64,000 nucleotides of DNA, taken from the sequence record SRR31156797_2365. The stretch is one strand, 5' to 3'. A program made the position numbers and the translations under genes. How positions within the stretch are numbered: position 1 is the first letter of the stretch; every line of letters begins with the position of its first letter. This document shows, in pieces, positions 59,925-64,000 of the stretch. The notes beneath the pieces were generated by a model. That model searched no databases and was not told where the DNA came from. It saw nothing but the letters and a program-made list of their open reading frames with translations.

Positions 59925-61363
59925 CAGAACCTAAAATATATAAATGGATTATAAGTATCGGAGGCCAGGTATGATGCTGCCACAATAAAGAGGGCCGCAT
60001 AAAACAAAATTGTGAAGATATTTACGGTTATCAGTGAGAAAGTGTTCTTATCCCGCAATGCATTAAAACCAGCCTCCAGCCGCGGATAAAGCGGCATACT
60101 GAAAACAATACCGGTTAATAACATGATCAACATCTCAGTATTAAAATGAAGAATACTCAGATAAGCAAACCGCTCAGGGTTACCTTCGGAACCTGAAACC
60201 ATTCCGGCCAGGTAATCTCCGGCAAAATGCAAATCCGGAGATCTGAAAATAACAAGGGTCAATATCCATACGGTCATTGTATAGATATGCCTTAAAGGCT
60301 TAGGACTTTGTTCCAGAATTTTTGAAAATCCGAGCCGCTCAATAACAATAAAAAATCCATTGGCCAACCCCCAGATTACGAATGTCCAGGCTGCACCATG
60401 CCAGAGGCCGGTAACCACAAAAACGATGAGCAGGTTGAGATATACACGTGGAAGCGGAACACGGCTCCCTCCCAGCGAGATATACAGGTAATCCCTGAAC
60501 CAACTGGACAGTGTAACATGCCATCGCTGCCACATTTCACGGATAGATTGTGAGATATACGGATATATAAAATTTTCAGGGAATCTGAATCCCAGCATGC
60601 GGCCGATACCGATAGCCATGTCAGAGTAACCAGAAAAATCATAATAAAGCTGTAAGGCATAGGCAATTATTCCAATCCACAGCGCAAAAGCAGACCATTC
60701 AGCAGGCTGGAATGAGAACACCTGATCGGCAATTACAGCAAACGAATTGGCGATCAGCATTTTTTTACCAAAACCAATAATGAAGCGCTTAAGCCCCAGA
60801 GAAAAATTCTCCGCGTTGATACTTTTGTTTCGCAACTGATGCTCCACATCGCTGTACCTGACGATTGGCCCGGCCACAAGTTGCGGAAACATGGTAACAA
60901 ATGCTGCATAATCGATGATATTCCGGCTGGCTTTCACCTTTCCGCGATATACATCGATGGTATATGACATGGTTTGGAAAGTATAAAAACTGATACCAAT
61001 GGGAAGTGTGATTAAGGGAATTTTTTGATAAAGCGGATCCGATATACTAAAGAAGTCCAGAATGGCATGGAAGTTATCGTAAGCGAAGTTGAAATATTTA
61101 AAAAAGCCCAGAAAAGCCACATTGGTGATTATCGACAGTACCAATCCCGTTTTCCGGAAGCCTCTTGCGATGAGCAGGCCATAGGAATAATCGGCTAACG
61201 TGGTAGCGATTAATACCAGCACAATTTCCTTTTCGCCCCAGGTGTAAAAAAACACACTGGCAAACACCAGGAAAAGGTTTTTCAACCGCCCTGGAAGCAG
61301 CATGTAAAATCCTACAGCCAGGGGTAAAAACAAGAAAACAAATATCGCACTGCTAAACAACAT
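59924..61363 (-). CDS. MBOAT family O-acyltransferase (AlgI/PatA-like), second copy
   Basis: MLFSS, LPIGISFYTFQ, FPQLVAGPIVRY, DFSGYSDMAIG, WQRWHVTL, TGLWHGA, NPFIYFRF. Confidence 0.95.
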   Translation of the reverse strand: MLFSSAIFVFLFLPLAVGFYMLLPGRLKNLFLVFASVFFYTWGEKEIVLVLIATTLADYSYGLLIARGFRKTGLVLSIITNVAFLGFFKYFNFAYDNFHAILDFFSISDPLYQKIPLITLPIGISFYTFQTMSYTIDVYRGKVKASRNIIDYAAFVTMFPQLVAGPIVRYSDVEHQLRNKSINAENFSLGLKRFIIGFGKKMLIANSFAVIADQVFSFQPAEWSAFALWIGIIAYALQLYYDFSGYSDMAIGIGRMLGFRFPENFIYPYISQSIREMWQRWHVTLSSWFRDYLYISLGGSRVPLPRVYLNLLIVFVVTGLWHGAAWTFVIWGLANGFFIVIERLGFSKILEQSPKPLRHIYTMTVWILTLVIFRSPDLHFAGDYLAGMVSGSEGNPERFAYLSILHFNTEMLIMLLTGIVFSMPLYPRLEAGFNALRDKNTFSLITVNIFTILFYAALFIVAASYLASDTYNPFIYFRF

Positions 61364-61406
61364 ATTCGTGCATTTTAAAAATTAATCTCCCGAAATGTTA
61401 AGCGTT

Positions 61407-61970
61407 TCAATGACTTTGTTTCTTTTTGCGAAAAACAAAAATGTTGTTCAGCCCCAGCTCAAATCGCTTATGCAATATCTTTTCGAAACCGGCCTTTTCA
61501 AATATTCCGGGTGTATGTTTTGGTTTAAAACCATAATGCTGTTCAAGGCTATATGCATCCATCAATCTGAAAAACCTGATGGTGTGGTTTATATAATCCA
61601 CCAACGGAGAAGGCACAGTGATGATCACAATTCCCTGATCTTTCAGCAAATCGTAACAAGACCGGGCAAAAGTATCCTGTTCGCCGGTGGGGATATGTTC
61701 GAATACCGCCAGTGCGGCGATGCCATCGAAATCCCTGTCGCTGATTTCGGATGCCGGGAACCTGGATTTCAGCAGACTTACATTATCAGGAAGTCCTCCC
61801 GGATTATCGGGGACTTCAGGATCTACGCCTGTTCCGTGTACCCCTATATTTTCCAGATAGCGGAACAGTTCCCCATGTCGGCAGCCCACATCCAGCAGTT
61901 TGCTTCCTGGTTGAATAAATGCTTTAGCAGCGTCAAAACGCCTTCGCTGCAGATAGTCATCAAACCACAT
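61407..61970 (-). CDS. Class I SAM-dependent methyltransferase
   Basis: LLDVGCRHG, GVDP, FDGIAALAVFEHI, IITVP. Confidence 0.88.
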   Translation of the reverse strand: MWFDDYLQRRRFDAAKAFIQPGSKLLDVGCRHGELFRYLENIGVHGTGVDPEVPDNPGGLPDNVSLLKSRFPASEISDRDFDGIAALAVFEHIPTGEQDTFARSCYDLLKDQGIVIITVPSPLVDYINHTIRFFRLMDAYSLEQHYGFKPKHTPGIFEKAGFEKILHKRFELGLNNIFVFRKKKQSH

Positions 61971-61974
61971 AATA

Positions 61975-63129
61975 CTATTTTTTTAAGTGTTCCATATTCA
62001 GTATACGCAACACAAAGCTTGAAAAAATCGTCTGGAACCCAAGTGATAAAAGCGTCAGTCCCGGAATGAGTATTCTAAAACTTTGGTCAAGATTATAAAT
62101 CGGCCCAAAATTCAACTGAACCCATTTATATAAAAGTGTCAATAACAAGGCAAAACCTGCCAGGCATAGCATTATTCCGAAGATAATTCCCCGTTCAAGA
62201 GTGAATAACCTGATGAACTTCAGGTGTTTTTTCCTGGCCGGGAAAAGCCCCTGCCTGATGGAATATATTCTCACGAACAGTGCAAAGATAAACAGTTGAT
62301 AAGCCATAACAGCCACTCCGCCGGAAACCGTTAAAGTGTGAATATCCAGCCCGAGATTGTTGAGATAAAGCGTACCGGGCAATAAAACGATGATTCCGGC
62401 CAGGGCCACCAGAAATAGTATCAGTGATGGCACAAAGAACAACCATTTTGGGCTGTATATCAACAAGAATACCAACTGACGCCAACCATCGGCCCAGGTT
62501 CTCAAATGAGGTTTCCGGCTGCGACCATCAGGATGGAGTGTTATTGGTACTTCCGTAATCTTATAATTGTTAATGGTTGATTTGATAACCATTTCAGGGG
62601 CAAACTCCATTCCCGGCGTGACCAGATTGAGTGCCGCCACACGATCTTTATCAAAACCTCTCAGCCCGCTATTGAAATCTCCGATTGGATATTTAAAGAA
62701 TAAGCGCCCGATATAAGAAAGCAGCGGATTCCCGAAGTACCTGTGTACAAAAGGCATAGCACCCCGAGAAATATTTCCTGAAAACCGGTTGCCCATCACC
62801 AGGTCGTGTCCATCCCTGAGTTTTTCGATGAAAGGGGTCAGCCTGGAAAAATCGTAACTGTCATCGGCATCACCCATAATTATATACTTTCCTGCCGCCT
62901 CACGAATACCGGCGATCAGCGTTGCACCGTAGCCTTTCTGTTCGGCATGTACTACCCGGGCCCCCTCTGCCAGAGCAATATCCACTGACCCATCGGTACT
63001 GCCATTATCAGAAATAAGAATTTCGCCTGAAACTCTATTTTCATCAAGCGATTTCCTGGCCTTCCTGATACAAACAGCAATGGTTTCGGCTTCGTTGAGG
63101 CAGGGCATTAATATCGTAAATTCAATCAT
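61975..63129 (-). CDS. GT2 polyprenol-phosphate glycosyltransferase (DPM1/GtrB-like) with C-terminal TM helices
   Basis: MPCLNEAE, DNGSTDGS, GYG, MGDADDSYD, GNRF, GMEFAPEM, HLRTWADGWR. Confidence 0.9.
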   Translation of the reverse strand: MIEFTILMPCLNEAETIAVCIRKARKSLDENRVSGEILISDNGSTDGSVDIALAEGARVVHAEQKGYGATLIAGIREAAGKYIIMGDADDSYDFSRLTPFIEKLRDGHDLVMGNRFSGNISRGAMPFVHRYFGNPLLSYIGRLFFKYPIGDFNSGLRGFDKDRVAALNLVTPGMEFAPEMVIKSTINNYKITEVPITLHPDGRSRKPHLRTWADGWRQLVFLLIYSPKWLFFVPSLILFLVALAGIIVLLPGTLYLNNLGLDIHTLTVSGGVAVMAYQLFIFALFVRIYSIRQGLFPARKKHLKFIRLFTLERGIIFGIMLCLAGFALLLTLLYKWVQLNFGPIYNLDQSFRILIPGLTLLSLGFQTIFSSFVLRILNMEHLKK

Positions 63130-63135
63130 ATTGCA

Positions 63136-63747
63136 TTATTGATTATCAGCAATTTTTAACCGGGTAAAAAAATGTAGTTTCTGATCAAACAGCATGCTGA
63201 AGGGAAAAGCATAGAGTCCAAGGTTTGTTAACATCACCTCGGATTCAAGTTTTAACCTGGCAAAAAGCTCATGCCATATACGTGGCGGTTGATAATTGTA
63301 TGGCTGCCCGATATCTGTGTGACTGTTGCCAATCAGGTCCATATACTTAAGGATGTATTTAGAAACCGGCCCGTAAAGGAAATGATCTTTAATATAAATG
63401 GAGTTCCGGGCAACCCTGACTGCTTCCCTTAGCAAGCCTTCCGGATGGTGGGTATGATGCAAAACATCCACGAGCATAGCTGCATCATAGGTCTTGTCGT
63501 CAAAGGGAATATTAGCACCATCAAACGGAATCACAGGAATGTGGGTAGGTTGCCGAACCGTTGTTTCAACCCCGGTGATTTCAACATGTCCTGTTTTGGT
63601 CTTTACAAGGTGGCCAATATAACCATCCCCACAGCCAATATCTATAATACGGCGATTACCTCTCAGGTTTGCGGTAAGCAGCGAACTGATTCTTTCGGCC
63701 CGCCTCTCATTCACAAATTTCTTATGTGCCTTTGCTAACAAGGACAT
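63136..63747 (-). CDS. Class I SAM-dependent methyltransferase
   Basis: IIDIGCGDG, IPFDDKTYD, VDVLHH, LLREAVRVAR; ATG 63747 preferred. Confidence 0.88.
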   Translation of the reverse strand: MSLLAKAHKKFVNERRAERISSLLTANLRGNRRIIDIGCGDGYIGHLVKTKTGHVEITGVETTVRQPTHIPVIPFDGANIPFDDKTYDAAMLVDVLHHTHHPEGLLREAVRVARNSIYIKDHFLYGPVSKYILKYMDLIGNSHTDIGQPYNYQPPRIWHELFARLKLESEVMLTNLGLYAFPFSMLFDQKLHFFTRLKIADNQ

Positions 63748-64000
63748 TTCGCTGAACCTTAGATTTAACAAATATGAATATGATATATAGTGACACAAAC
63801 TCAAAAATCAACATAAAGGGATAAACAACAGACAAATACTGTGGAATTAAGGCACCAGGCCATTGCATAGCTTCCATATACGAAATAAGCGCTATCCTTA
63901 TAACGACAAGACAAAAAAACGTTAATGAAATTAGCCAGTAATCGAAAATGATTTGCCGGTTTCTATTATTAATCAGGTATACTGTTATAATGAGGAACGA
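63722..64000 (-). CDS. C-terminal part of a polytopic membrane protein (enters from window end)
   Basis: Manual translation is open for 92 codons before the stop: SFLIITVYLINN...RIALISYMEAMQWPGALIPQYLSVVYPFMLIFEFVSLYIIFIFVKSKVQRNVLVSKGT*. Confidence 0.65.
   Translation of the reverse strand, partial: SFLIITVYLINNRNRQIIFDYWLISLTFFCLVVIRIALISYMEAMQWPGALIPQYLSVVYPFMLIFEFVSLYIIFIFVKSKVQRNVLVSKGT

Noticed and set aside
61395-62069. 224-aa plus-strand ORF
   Set aside because: Antisense shadow of a clear methyltransferase gene
1-64000. tRNA/rRNA genes, CRISPR arrays, prophage, intact IS, known defence systems, and the many short nested or antisense ORFs in the track
   Set aside because: No supporting motifs seen by eye; the short ORFs lie inside well-supported genes

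Overview
Chromosomal window from a Bacteroidota (probably anaerobic Bacteroidales-type) genome. The assignment is inferred from TAnnTTTG -7 promoter elements, a T9SS C-terminal domain and signal peptides cleaved before Gln. About 47 CDS; no rRNA, tRNA, CRISPR or intact transposase was seen. The left part (1-42 kb) holds housekeeping and accessory genes: tamB, a beta-propeller phytase, a PAS histidine kinase, dinB, a class III cyclase, lpdA, ldh, priA, msrC, queD and a C1B peptidase. It also holds an algI/algX-like O-acylation pair interrupted by a repeat-flanked GxxExxY nuclease gene, and a five-gene (mannosyl)glucosylglycerate compatible-solute operon. The right part (42-64 kb) is a Wzm/Wzt-dependent surface-glycan locus with unusual tailoring genes: a B12 radical SAM enzyme, GNAT-like and AsnB-like proteins, a GNAT-GT2-GT2-methyltransferase fusion, and a second algI/algX pair whose algX has an in-frame stop. 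Best candidates for undescribed biology: (1) a four-gene exported cluster at 33.9-38.8 kb in which a lipoprotein, a secreted protein and a large LRR protein appear to share one divergent domain; (2) GxxExxY nuclease enclosed by REP-like inverted repeats that recur as empty units, one inside a MITE-like element; (3) two atypical stand-alone receiver genes with matching promoter and operator geometry followed by a possible sRNA. All family calls were made by eye from motifs; no searches were run.
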